The translations under genes and the position numbers were made by a program. From a virus (taxonomy: Duplodnaviria; Caudoviricetes), in the IMG/VR virus record IMGVR_UViG_3300025738_000175, positions 1-36,364 of that record: 36,364 bases of DNA. One strand, written 5' to 3'. Positions 1 to 7,484 of the stretch are shown here, piece after piece; position 1 is the stretch's first letter, and every line of letters starts with the position of its first letter. The notes under the pieces were generated by a model. The model had not been told where the DNA came from, ran no database searches, and saw only the letters and a program-made list of their open reading frames with translations.

Positions 1-252
1 TTACACGCCTCTTGTTGTGTTGGTGTGTTCTGGCCCCCCAGCCAGTCCCCCAGGCACGTCGTGCTGCATAACGCGGCTTTTGATCAGGTCTTCAATCTCA
101 GAAATCTTCAAAATAGACGCACCGCCGAATTTGTAGATCCGAATCTCTTTGCGTTGGCTCATTAGGTAGAGCGCGCTGCGGCCCACACCAAACATCGCAG
201 CAGCTTCATTCATTTTCACATAGAGACGGGCGGGTTGTGAAGCTTTGGTCAT
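1..252 (-). CDS. Excisionase/AlpA-like HTH protein
   Basis: YVKMNEAAAMFGVGRSALYLM...IYKFGGASILKISEIE winged-HTH pattern; terminal position. Confidence 0.75.
   Translation of the reverse strand: MTKASQPARLYVKMNEAAAMFGVGRSALYLMSQRKEIRIYKFGGASILKISEIEDLIKSRVMQHDVPGGLAGGPEHTNTTRGV
33..53. repeat. Direct repeat G(C/T)CCCCCAG x2, possible integrase arm-type sites
   Basis: GCCCCCCAG at 33-41 and GTCCCCCAG at 45-53 (12-bp period) near the prophage end. Confidence 0.35.
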
Positions 253-418
253 GTGCGTTGTCCTTTGTATTGGGGGGCATCGGAGGGAGGTGCTGGCGCG
301 GTTTTGATCGAGTTCGGGATGGCTTGGTTCAGGTACAGTTGCAAAACTGCATTGTGATCACCGTCGACGCCGCGTGATCGCGGTTATGGCGCCAGATGAT
401 CCTGCTCGGATTCTAACT

Positions 419-598
419 TCATTGCGCAATGCTCTGGAGGTTTTCAACATGTACTGACTGGCCTCGCGCAGCCTTCAGGACTGCCCATGCAATCAAACGA
501 GCGTCACGATCATCTGCGTGGTGTTCCGGGTTGGTGACGACCGCAATCGCATTGGAATGCGCATTCTCGCGATTTGTTGCTGCAGTATTAGCATTCAT
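419..598 (-). CDS. Small hypothetical early protein (59 aa)
   Basis: ATG at 598 with GGAG RBS 7 nt upstream; first gene after the leftward promoter. Confidence 0.65.
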   Translation of the reverse strand: MNANTAATNRENAHSNAIAVVTNPEHHADDRDARLIAWAVLKAARGQSVHVENLQSIAQ

Positions 599-669
599 GA
601 ATATTCTCCGATCGCATGGAGTTGGGGATGCGTTCATGTCCCATACTCCGTTGCCATTAGTATGGGATG

Positions 670-721
670 AATTTAAGGGATAATTATCCCTAATGTCAAT
701 CACGAAGGGGATAATCATCCC
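670..721 (-). promoter_or_regulatory. Leftward promoter (PL-like) with two operators (OL-like)
   Basis: Minus-strand TTGACA (699-694) and TAAATT (675-670); perfect palindrome GGGATAATTATCCC at 677-690 and GGGATAATCATCCC at 708-721. Confidence 0.8.
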
Positions 722-853
722 TTAAATTTTTCACCCCAACAGAATCAATTGGACTGGGTGAGGCCGTAAAGTACGTTGCGCTCCAAATACAACGGCAGGG
801 CCGACGTCCAAACATAAAGCTCTCCGCCCCAAGGCCAAGCACAAAGGAAACGC

Positions 854-2053
854 TCAACCGAACCAATTTGCCGGCGATCTCGAGCCAAACATCTTGCTAT
901 AGAAGCCCTCTGCATCGAAGCTCAGATTAAGTGATTTCACTTGAACGCGGTCTTCCATTATTAAGTGGAGCTGGTTTTCGTACCTCCGAGACCTCGAAAA
1001 AGTAGAAATATTGACCGGTTCTCCATCGAAATCGACCCGAGAGCCGTCGCCCTTTATAACAATTACAGCTTCATCAAACTCAATAACGACCCCAAAAAGT
1101 GCCGATCTAACGGAAACAATTTCACTTGCACAGCCGGGCAGCTCAATGTCTCCCAATAGCGGTCTCTTCTCAGATGCCAAAAAGCGAAATGCCTCTAATT
1201 TCTTGCCAGATACTCTGTAGATTTTGTCGTGTGATCCCCAAGAAATTGTTTGACCCAACTCAGAACTTGCATCTTTGATCCCTTCATTGAGATCTGAGTT
1301 GCCAGAAAATTCAATCCTTTCGATTTCAGCCCCTTCTCCTTCATTGGATGCCATTTCGGTCTTTGCTGGTTCAAAATTCTTCCCAGTCTTTCTGAAGTTT
1401 GCTAAATAGCTCCCCCCTCGGTATGAAGTCGCAGAGATATTTTGGTACATCCAATCACATGCGTCACAACTTGCACTGTTAAGCTCATGCCCTTCACTTT
1501 CGGTGGGCTTAAAGCCTTGCTCTAGATGAAGGTCTAACTGACGCAATCCGGCGTCACCCGATGCGCACGCAATCTTTCCAAACGCAGCCGCAATTTGTCG
1601 CGTTGCAATTGAGGAAATTTTCTTCAATGAATGTTTGCCTAGTTGGTCGGAGTTTACATATTCAACATGAACTCCATTCTGAGAAGACATTATCATTCTA
1701 TCATAATGCATGTTCATCGATGTGCTCGGGAACGCAGCTGAAACATCAGACTTCACGAGCAGATATTCAGCAATCTTCTTAGAAGAAATATTAAAATCTT
1801 GTGTAGTTATATTCTCGAAACTTTTTTCAACACCTTGTCTTGATAAAGCACCACTCTTGATTGCGTTGCTTGCTCGGAAGGAAAAATGTAGGGCGGGTCG
1901 CGCAGCTGCTTCGATAGATGCTTCTAAATCGGATGTAAGTGCGTCCCAATCATAAACGGCCCAATCGCCCTCTGGCGTAAGGCAATGAAGCTTCCCCTTG
2001 TATAGAAGTGTGTCCCACCAAGACCCCTCTATCGAAATATTCAGATCGCGCAT
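854..2053 (-). CDS. Hypothetical protein (399 aa), possibly beta-propeller-like; cargo
   Basis: Long ORF rich in short beta-strand-like segments; overlaps the upstream ORF by 13 bp; no family recognised. Confidence 0.8.
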   Translation of the reverse strand: MRDLNISIEGSWWDTLLYKGKLHCLTPEGDWAVYDWDALTSDLEASIEAAARPALHFSFRASNAIKSGALSRQGVEKSFENITTQDFNISSKKIAEYLLVKSDVSAAFPSTSMNMHYDRMIMSSQNGVHVEYVNSDQLGKHSLKKISSIATRQIAAAFGKIACASGDAGLRQLDLHLEQGFKPTESEGHELNSASCDACDWMYQNISATSYRGGSYLANFRKTGKNFEPAKTEMASNEGEGAEIERIEFSGNSDLNEGIKDASSELGQTISWGSHDKIYRVSGKKLEAFRFLASEKRPLLGDIELPGCASEIVSVRSALFGVVIEFDEAVIVIKGDGSRVDFDGEPVNISTFSRSRRYENQLHLIMEDRVQVKSLNLSFDAEGFYSKMFGSRSPANWFG

Positions 2054-2484
2054 CTTTGCCCCCTAGTTATCTTTCGCATTTTGGAGAGCTTCAGGATGCC
2101 TTCTTCAACCCAAGATAGCAAAATTTGCTGAGGTGGAAGTTGATTGTTGATCTTATAATTGCATGGGTATCCGTGCCACTGATCTTTTGAATGATTGTCA
2201 AACTTAGCTAGAAAGACATCGCCCACATCTCTGTCGTATCCAAGGTAAGCTATTTTTTCGTCTACAATGTGTATGCCCCAGCCACATCCCCCATTTATCC
2301 AACTCGCTTCACAAGTATTCTTGAAAGAGCTGGTCTCTTCGTCTTTTGAAATGGTCCATTGTGACTTTGCAGAATTCCGATCGCGGTGCTTTACTGAATG
2401 CAAATATTGATATTGTTTAGGGCCACCAGATATCGGGCACTGGAAGATTATTTTCGTCGTGTTCAATATTTCATCCCTTATCAA
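2041..2484 (-). CDS. Hypothetical protein (147 aa), possible nuclease/toxin; cargo
   Basis: ORF with KHR and WHGYP motifs, coupled to the 399-aa gene; start codon uncertain. Confidence 0.7.
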   Translation of the reverse strand: MIRDEILNTTKIIFQCPISGGPKQYQYLHSVKHRDRNSAKSQWTISKDEETSSFKNTCEASWINGGCGWGIHIVDEKIAYLGYDRDVGDVFLAKFDNHSKDQWHGYPCNYKINNQLPPQQILLSWVEEGILKLSKMRKITRGQRCAI

Positions 2485-2842
2485 GATACAATGTAGTCGA
2501 TAATGTAAGTGCTGTTAGTTAAAAGGGTGCGGTTTGATGTTCCCAAATTTTAGCGTAACCCGAATTATCCTCTAGCGCCGTTTATTTAAACCAATGGTTG
2601 CAAAAGCTCAAGAACCCGTTCACGTACAAAGCGGACTATAATGGGTCCAAAAGTTGCGATGTCCTATTTCTGGCCTGCATAGATTCCGTTGAAACTAGTT
2701 CCAGAGATTGCCTTCTTGATCCGCTAAAAATCAAACGGTACGTTCAGCGCCTATCAATAAGTGGTTGGGCGGGTGGATAGGACAGCTATTTTCCAAACCT
2801 GTTTCATATACGGTACTCTGAGGCAGGGTGGTTAACCAAGAG

Positions 2843-3622
2843 TTACTGAAGTTGCGCCTTTAATTGCATGTGAACAAGCCGATGACAGTTCGCACAGAGG
2901 CATTGAAGGTCGGACGGTGTGGTCTGATGACCTTTGGACATGTCTGATACCGCAGTTTTATGATGATGCACCTCAATGCAGGATTCAGCCAATTTATCAG
3001 CGTAACTTGCGACCGGATCTAAGTTGCACATCTCACAGAACAACTTGCCGTGTTGTTGTTTGAAGAGGGCCTTCTTCTTGCGGCTCAACCCCCGCGCGCG
3101 CTCACGCCGTAAGTGGGTTACGAGCCTCAGTTTACCTTCGGTCCATCGCATATCCTCATCCGATAGCTCTGGTGCAATTTCTGCCCAGTTCGCGCCTACA
3201 TTTCCCATCGCAATCTTTCTTATCTGCTCTACAGTGACGCCATGCAGATTAAAGCGAAGACGTTTGTTGGCGTTGCCTGTAGGTCTGACTTCTGAGAGTG
3301 GCTTACCCACTTGCCGTATTCTGCGGCTGATGAGCGTGAACAGTTCGTTGGCAGGGAAATCGAGTTCATTTTGTGAGACGACAACTCTTTGATCAACTGA
3401 AATGCTCTGAACTTTACTGCTATCCACATACCCTTTTGTAAAACACGCTTTATTTTGTTTGAGGCGGCATAATAGAATCTTTAAGCCTTCTGAGTAATCC
3501 GTGTTTTTGGCTTTTGATGAACCAAGTGTGCCGCCGCGACTTTGCAAAATAATGTGGTCTGGCCCTATCTCTATGTGTGCGTCCAACGGTTCCATAGCGT
3601 CATTTGGGATCTTGAATTTCAA
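2843..3622 (-). CDS. HNH endonuclease (McrA-like C-terminal HNH, unknown N-terminal domain)
   Basis: EGKLRLVTHLRRER...CEMC...IEVHH...LCANCHRLVH; GGAGG RBS upstream. Confidence 0.85.
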   Translation of the reverse strand: MKFKIPNDAMEPLDAHIEIGPDHIILQSRGGTLGSSKAKNTDYSEGLKILLCRLKQNKACFTKGYVDSSKVQSISVDQRVVVSQNELDFPANELFTLISRRIRQVGKPLSEVRPTGNANKRLRFNLHGVTVEQIRKIAMGNVGANWAEIAPELSDEDMRWTEGKLRLVTHLRRERARGLSRKKKALFKQQHGKLFCEMCNLDPVASYADKLAESCIEVHHHKTAVSDMSKGHQTTPSDLQCLCANCHRLVHMQLKAQLQ

Positions 3623-3677
3623 ATATACCTCCTATGTTTTAGTGATAAAATTGGGCAGATTGTACTAATCCATGTTC

Positions 3678-3980
3678 TCAACGTAACGCCTCACAGGCGA
3701 TCCCGTCATTATCCCGATCCAGCCCATGCGGATCACCACGACCTGCGTTCTCAAAAAACGCCTGGGCTGCACCCCATGACCTGAAATCGGAACAGTTCTT
3801 ATCTCCTGAGTTGGAGCGTCGGGTGGTGGAGCGAGTAGATCCTTGCGATCTGTGGCAATGGTAAGGTTTCGAACCAGCATGACAACCCTGAGCATTAAGT
3901 CCACCGCCGTGGGCGGATGCGGTTTCAGGCATGAATTTAATGGTCGATGCGAGAAGCGCAGAGAAAATAGTTAGACGCAT
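3678..3980 (-). CDS. Secreted YHYH-like/Excalibur calcium-binding domain protein
   Basis: Signal peptide ending ASA; HGGGLNAQGCH...YHCH; NCSDF...GDPHGLDRDNDGIACE Excalibur motif. Confidence 0.85.
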   Translation of the reverse strand: MRLTIFSALLASTIKFMPETASAHGGGLNAQGCHAGSKPYHCHRSQGSTRSTTRRSNSGDKNCSDFRSWGAAQAFFENAGRGDPHGLDRDNDGIACEALR

Positions 3981-4110
3981 ATTACATTCCAATAAAACAA
4001 ATCAAATATGCGTTTAGTTTCTACCAATGGTAGATTCGATCAATTCAAAATAACTCCATGTGACAATTCGCGCTTCACCAAATTGTGCAGACTTAGGGCG
4101 GTTGGCATTC

Positions 4111-4142
4111 TTGACTTGCTGGTAGGTGTTCTCTATTCGTTC
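4111..4142 (+). promoter_or_regulatory. Rightward promoter overlapped by an alphaproteobacterial LexA (SOS) box
   Basis: TTGACT at 4111-4116; GTTC-TCTATTC-GTTC at 4128-4142 covering the expected -10 region. Confidence 0.7.
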
Positions 4143-4293
4143 GCAAATCAAGGTACACGCCGTAGCGGTTCGATTCCCTGCGCCCTTTCTGAGTTCTGAG
4201 GCCGTTTAAACGGGTCATGGATCGTATAGAGCGGGGCGGGACAGCCCCCATATTCCGCAGCTTGCGGGTTATTTGAATTGGGGAAGATGGAAT

Positions 4294-4524
4294 ATGGCCG
4301 AATACGCCGAAAAATCAGAGCTTGGGGATTTTGTAGAATTTCTGCGTGAAATTGTTAACTGTCTACCGGGCGAGAAGCGATCACACCTTTTGCAGATCGC
4401 ATCAGAAAATCTCGCTCTTCTTGAGAAAGTTGGTCCCACAGCGAGGCGATCTCTGACCGTAAAGCAGCAGTCTCATCCTCAAGGAAGCCATCTAAGGTCA
4501 TCCCAAAGTGTCGAGCAATCTTAA
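4294..4524 (+). CDS. Putative SOS-induced antirepressor encoded antisense to cI
   Basis: ATG 4294 after purine-rich GGAAGATGGAAT; downstream of LexA-box promoter; NCLPGEKRSHLLQIA resembles cI's DQLSQEERDFLMRSA. Confidence 0.45.
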   Translation: MAEYAEKSELGDFVEFLREIVNCLPGEKRSHLLQIASENLALLEKVGPTARRSLTVKQQSHPQGSHLRSSQSVEQS

Positions 4525-4675
4525 GGGCGTCATCCACATTAGTTGATTGGCTCTTATTTTGCTTCAGTTTCTTTAGCTGTTCATAAGACACCCCTGCACC
4601 ATCGGCCACGGATTTCAGAGATACGTTTGATTGCTCGACCCGTTTTAGAAGGGCGTCTTTGAATGATAAAGTCAT
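4355..4675 (-). CDS. CI-like XRE/HTH repressor (106 aa, no S24 peptidase domain)
   Basis: LKSVADGAGVSYEQLKKL...STNVDDALKIARHFGMTLDGF HTH; divergent from cro-like gene; ATG at 4675 lies downstream of the operators. Confidence 0.8.
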   Translation of the reverse strand: MTLSFKDALLKRVEQSNVSLKSVADGAGVSYEQLKKLKQNKSQSTNVDDALKIARHFGMTLDGFLEDETAALRSEIASLWDQLSQEERDFLMRSAKGVIASRPVDS

Positions 4676-4679
4676 GCTG

Positions 4680-4754
4680 GGGATAATAGTCTCCTTTCGC
4701 CGCGCATAAAGGCGACAATTATCCCTTGACGATAAGGGATAATTATCCCCATAT
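4680..4754. promoter_or_regulatory. OR-like switch: three operators and divergent promoters
   Basis: GGGATAATAGTCTC 4680-4693, GCGACAATTATCCC 4712-4725, GGGATAATTATCCC 4736-4749; TTGACG 4726-4731 rightward; TATTAT (minus, 4688-4683) just before the cI ATG. Confidence 0.8.
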
Positions 4755-4761
4755 GTGTGAC

Positions 4762-4956
4762 ATGACAAACAATGATCTCATCAAGTCCATCGAGCGTTAT
4801 GCCAACCGGGCCAAAATCGCTCCTGCCACAGTAACTAGCCGGGCTGTTGGTAGCAGTCGGCTGTATGGTGTTATGAAAAAGGGCGGAACTTGTACCTTGA
4901 CGGTCGCTGAACGGATACAGAAATATATCAGCGCAAATGTGGTATCCTCTCAATGA
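4762..4956 (+). CDS. Cro-like small DNA-binding protein
   Basis: IAPATVTSRAVGSSRLYGVMKKGGTCTLTVAERIQKYI; divergent from cI. Confidence 0.75.
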   Translation: MTNNDLIKSIERYANRAKIAPATVTSRAVGSSRLYGVMKKGGTCTLTVAERIQKYISANVVSSQ

Positions 4957-5348
4957 GTACGCAAATTTCTCATGTTGGCATCGGCCATAACGATGGTCCT
5001 GTTTTACTGTGTGCTTCATGTGAATCTGTAAAGCATCCGCTTGCAGGACTTACGTTCACAAAATGCTGGAAACTGATCAAGGCGCGTTCAACGCGGTCAG
5101 AGCGGGTTCTCTTTGCTGGCTATGTAATTGCCGGAACGCATCACAGGCCTGACGTTATCCGCGCTCTTTCTGAATTCTCAGGCGTGTCTGTCCGGGCCGC
5201 GACTAAGTGGGTTGATGGTGACAGCTTCCCCAAGAGTGAGATGGATTTCTTTGTCGCGCTGATGGAATTCCACAACGACGACTGGCGCGCCATCGTAAAC
5301 GCATTTGACGCTTACGTTCGCGGCAAGATCCTGTGGGGGCTGAAATGA
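4953..5348 (+). CDS. Hypothetical protein, possible HTH (CII position)
   Basis: ATGA overlap with cro; LSEFSGVSVRAATKWVDG is HTH-like. Confidence 0.6.
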   Translation: MSTQISHVGIGHNDGPVLLCASCESVKHPLAGLTFTKCWKLIKARSTRSERVLFAGYVIAGTHHRPDVIRALSEFSGVSVRAATKWVDGDSFPKSEMDFFVALMEFHNDDWRAIVNAFDAYVRGKILWGLK

Positions 5349-5418
5349 CCCATCAGCCGAAATTCGCAAGCGTTCCAATAATGGACTGTGGAAGACTGAC
5401 CGGGGGTGTAGTGGACTC

Positions 5419-5610
5419 ATGAGCGTTACAGCTACACCCAAAGACAACGGCGATATTCTTTGTGAAATGCACGGCCTTACTCAGGCCTTGAGCATTGTTT
5501 CAAACGATCTCGAACAATCACCCATTCATGACGAGCACTTGTCACGCCTGCGCAGTGCCGTTGTCGGTATTTCACGGGCAATGTCAGCAAGTATGGAGGG
5601 CGTGCAATGA
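5419..5610 (+). CDS. Hypothetical protein
   Basis: ORF with ATGA overlap to the replication gene. Confidence 0.55.
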   Translation: MSVTATPKDNGDILCEMHGLTQALSIVSNDLEQSPIHDEHLSRLRSAVVGISRAMSASMEGVQ

Positions 5611-6548
5611 GCAACCTAGTATCTGGCCTTATTCAACGGAAAAAAACGGGGTCATCCTCAGACAAATCTGTGTTGATGTTTATGGCTGGCAGCGCATCCG
5701 ATGACGGGTCTGGTGTATGGACATCAAAGGCCCACATGGCGGCTGATCTGGAAATAAGCAAACGTACAATCCAGCGATCAACAGACAGTCTCTTGGCAAA
5801 GGGTATCATCTCACAAGTCGGATACAAAAAGTGCAAAAATGGGTTCACAGTCGAATACCAAATTAACCTGCCAATCTGCCAAAACCTGCCTTCTACCCGT
5901 AAGGATAATGAAAACACGGGTGTCACCATGTCACCCCAAGAGGTGACACAGTGTCACCCAAACCGTACTGGAACCGTAAAGGAACCTATTGCGCCACAAG
6001 ATGGCGCACAAAATCTAGATATTGATCTTCAGAATAATTCAAAAGCATCCATGTCCCAAAATGAGACACGACTTTCGCAAAGCGGGATTTCCAGCCAGGT
6101 GACACAGGGTCATGGCATGGGCATGGGAAAAAACCATGTCTCAAATTGGGGCATGGATGATCTATGCCAAGAGTTCTTGCTGGCTTATCCGAAACCCGGA
6201 AACCCCGATCGTGTGGCCGCTGCTTTGGAAAAAGCTTTGGCGCTGGGCGTCGATGCGGAAACGATCTTGAACGGGGCCAAGGCATACGCCACAGAGCAAA
6301 AGGGCAATGCCCCCAAGTTCATCGCATATCCTGAGAATTGGATTGCCAAGGCGCGCTGGGCATCTGTCGCAACCACGGCCAAGGCCCAGCGCGCCACACC
6401 CGATGAGGTCGCCGCAAACTATGCGCGGATGATCACTGGCGGGAAGAAATTTGCTGCAAACGTGGTTTCACCCGCAATGGCTCGTGATTTGATTAAGCGC
6501 GCCTTGGTCACAGAGCAGCAATGCAAATCAGTGGGGGTATCGTTTTGA
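5607..6548 (+). CDS. Phage replication initiator (N-terminal HTH)
   Basis: VLMFMAGSASDDGSGVWTSKAHMAADLEISKRTIQR HTH; internal iteron-like repeats; GGAGG RBS. Confidence 0.75.
   Translation: MSNLVSGLIQRKKTGSSSDKSVLMFMAGSASDDGSGVWTSKAHMAADLEISKRTIQRSTDSLLAKGIISQVGYKKCKNGFTVEYQINLPICQNLPSTRKDNENTGVTMSPQEVTQCHPNRTGTVKEPIAPQDGAQNLDIDLQNNSKASMSQNETRLSQSGISSQVTQGHGMGMGKNHVSNWGMDDLCQEFLLAYPKPGNPDRVAAALEKALALGVDAETILNGAKAYATEQKGNAPKFIAYPENWIAKARWASVATTAKAQRATPDEVAANYARMITGGKKFAANVVSPAMARDLIKRALVTEQQCKSVGVSF
5919..6114. repeat. Iteron-like 17-bp repeats, putative replication origin
   Basis: GGTGTCACCATGTCACC 5919-5935, palindromic GGTGACACAGTGTCACC 5942-5958, GGTGACACAGGGTCATG 6098-6114, with an A/T-rich stretch between. 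Confidence 0.6.
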
Positions 6549-6820
6549 CCTCAGTTCACTGCAACCCCGCTGCCAACGGCCATGTGTTCGGTGTGGCGGT
6601 CGTCACCGTGGACCCTGTAGCCGGTGACTGCGTGTTTCGTACCACCGTGCCGTTCAAGAGCAACAAGCGGGTGCATCTGCATAGCCTGGACGAGATCCAG
6701 CTGACGTACGAAGTGCAAGACCGACTGTCTGCCACCAGCCCGATCGCAAAGGACATCGCCAGTGCCCTGAAATTCGCAGGGTCATTGATCAATTCACACA
6801 TGGACGGGAAACGGTCATGA
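6521..6820 (+). CDS. Hypothetical protein
   Basis: ORF in early operon, coupled to neighbours; start may be TTG 6545. Confidence 0.6.
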   Translation: MQISGGIVLTSVHCNPAANGHVFGVAVVTVDPVAGDCVFRTTVPFKSNKRVHLHSLDEIQLTYEVQDRLSATSPIAKDIASALKFAGSLINSHMDGKRS

Positions 6821-7104
6821 AACCACCAATGAAAGAAACCGAAGCTGACCGTCAAGTCACGGATGGTGCTTACCGCGTCACTGCTGACGAGTTGCGCCAG
6901 TTCATCGAGCGCATTGAACGCCTAGAAGCCGAAAAGAAAGACATCGCTGAACAGCAAAAGGAAGTGATGGCAGAGGCAAAGGGCAGGGGGTACGACACCA
7001 AGGTTCTGCGCAAGGTTATTGCACTGCGTAAGCGTGAGCCTGACGACATCGCCGAAGAAGAAGCGGTGCTGGAAATGTACAAAGAAGCGCTGGGCATGTC
7101 ATGA
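6817..7104 (+). CDS. gapR: GapR-like (DUF2312) nucleoid-associated protein
   Basis: ADELRQFIERIERLEAEKKDIAEQQKEVMAEAKGRGYDTKVLRKVIALRK...LEMYKEALGM signature. Confidence 0.9.
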   Translation: MKPPMKETEADRQVTDGAYRVTADELRQFIERIERLEAEKKDIAEQQKEVMAEAKGRGYDTKVLRKVIALRKREPDDIAEEEAVLEMYKEALGMS

Positions 7105-7484
7105 GCCCGGAAACCGCAAACAAAGTGATTGAGAACGTCACCACATCTGCAGCAAAGATCCGCAAGCTGGAAGAAGACAATGCATATCTTCGCATGGCGC
7201 TGGGCTTGATACCTGACGCAACCGGGCGCGTGACCGTCAAGGCCATCTTGAAGGCCGTCGCTAAATCAGCTGGTTTGAGGATTGCTGACATAACGGGTAG
7301 CTGTCGATCCGCAGACTTGGCCTATGCACGGCAGACCGTATATGCCCTTTCCCTGCGTGAAAACCTGTCAGCTGCCCAGATTGGGCGCGTGATGGGGCGC
7401 GACCACACAACAGTGATCAGCGGTGCGCGCCGTGCAGAGAAAGCTATCCGCGCAGGTATGGAGGCAAGCAATGTCTCAGCCTGA
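7101..7484 (+). CDS. DnaA C-terminal-like HTH protein
   Basis: LAYARQTVYALS...LSAAQIGRVMGRDHTTVISG matches DnaA domain IV. Confidence 0.8.
   Translation: MSPETANKVIENVTTSAAKIRKLEEDNAYLRMALGLIPDATGRVTVKAILKAVAKSAGLRIADITGSCRSADLAYARQTVYALSLRENLSAAQIGRVMGRDHTTVISGARRAEKAIRAGMEASNVSA

Noticed and set aside
599-718. N-terminal extension of ORF 419..718
   Set aside because: It runs through the operators and promoter; ATG 598 has the RBS
4161-4190. tRNA gene suggested by GGTTCGATTCC
   Set aside because: No acceptor stem, D arm or anticodon arm could be built
4676-4768. Longer cI and cro starts in the ORF track
   Set aside because: They overlap the operator/promoter region; the shared DNYP peptides only reflect the operator palindrome
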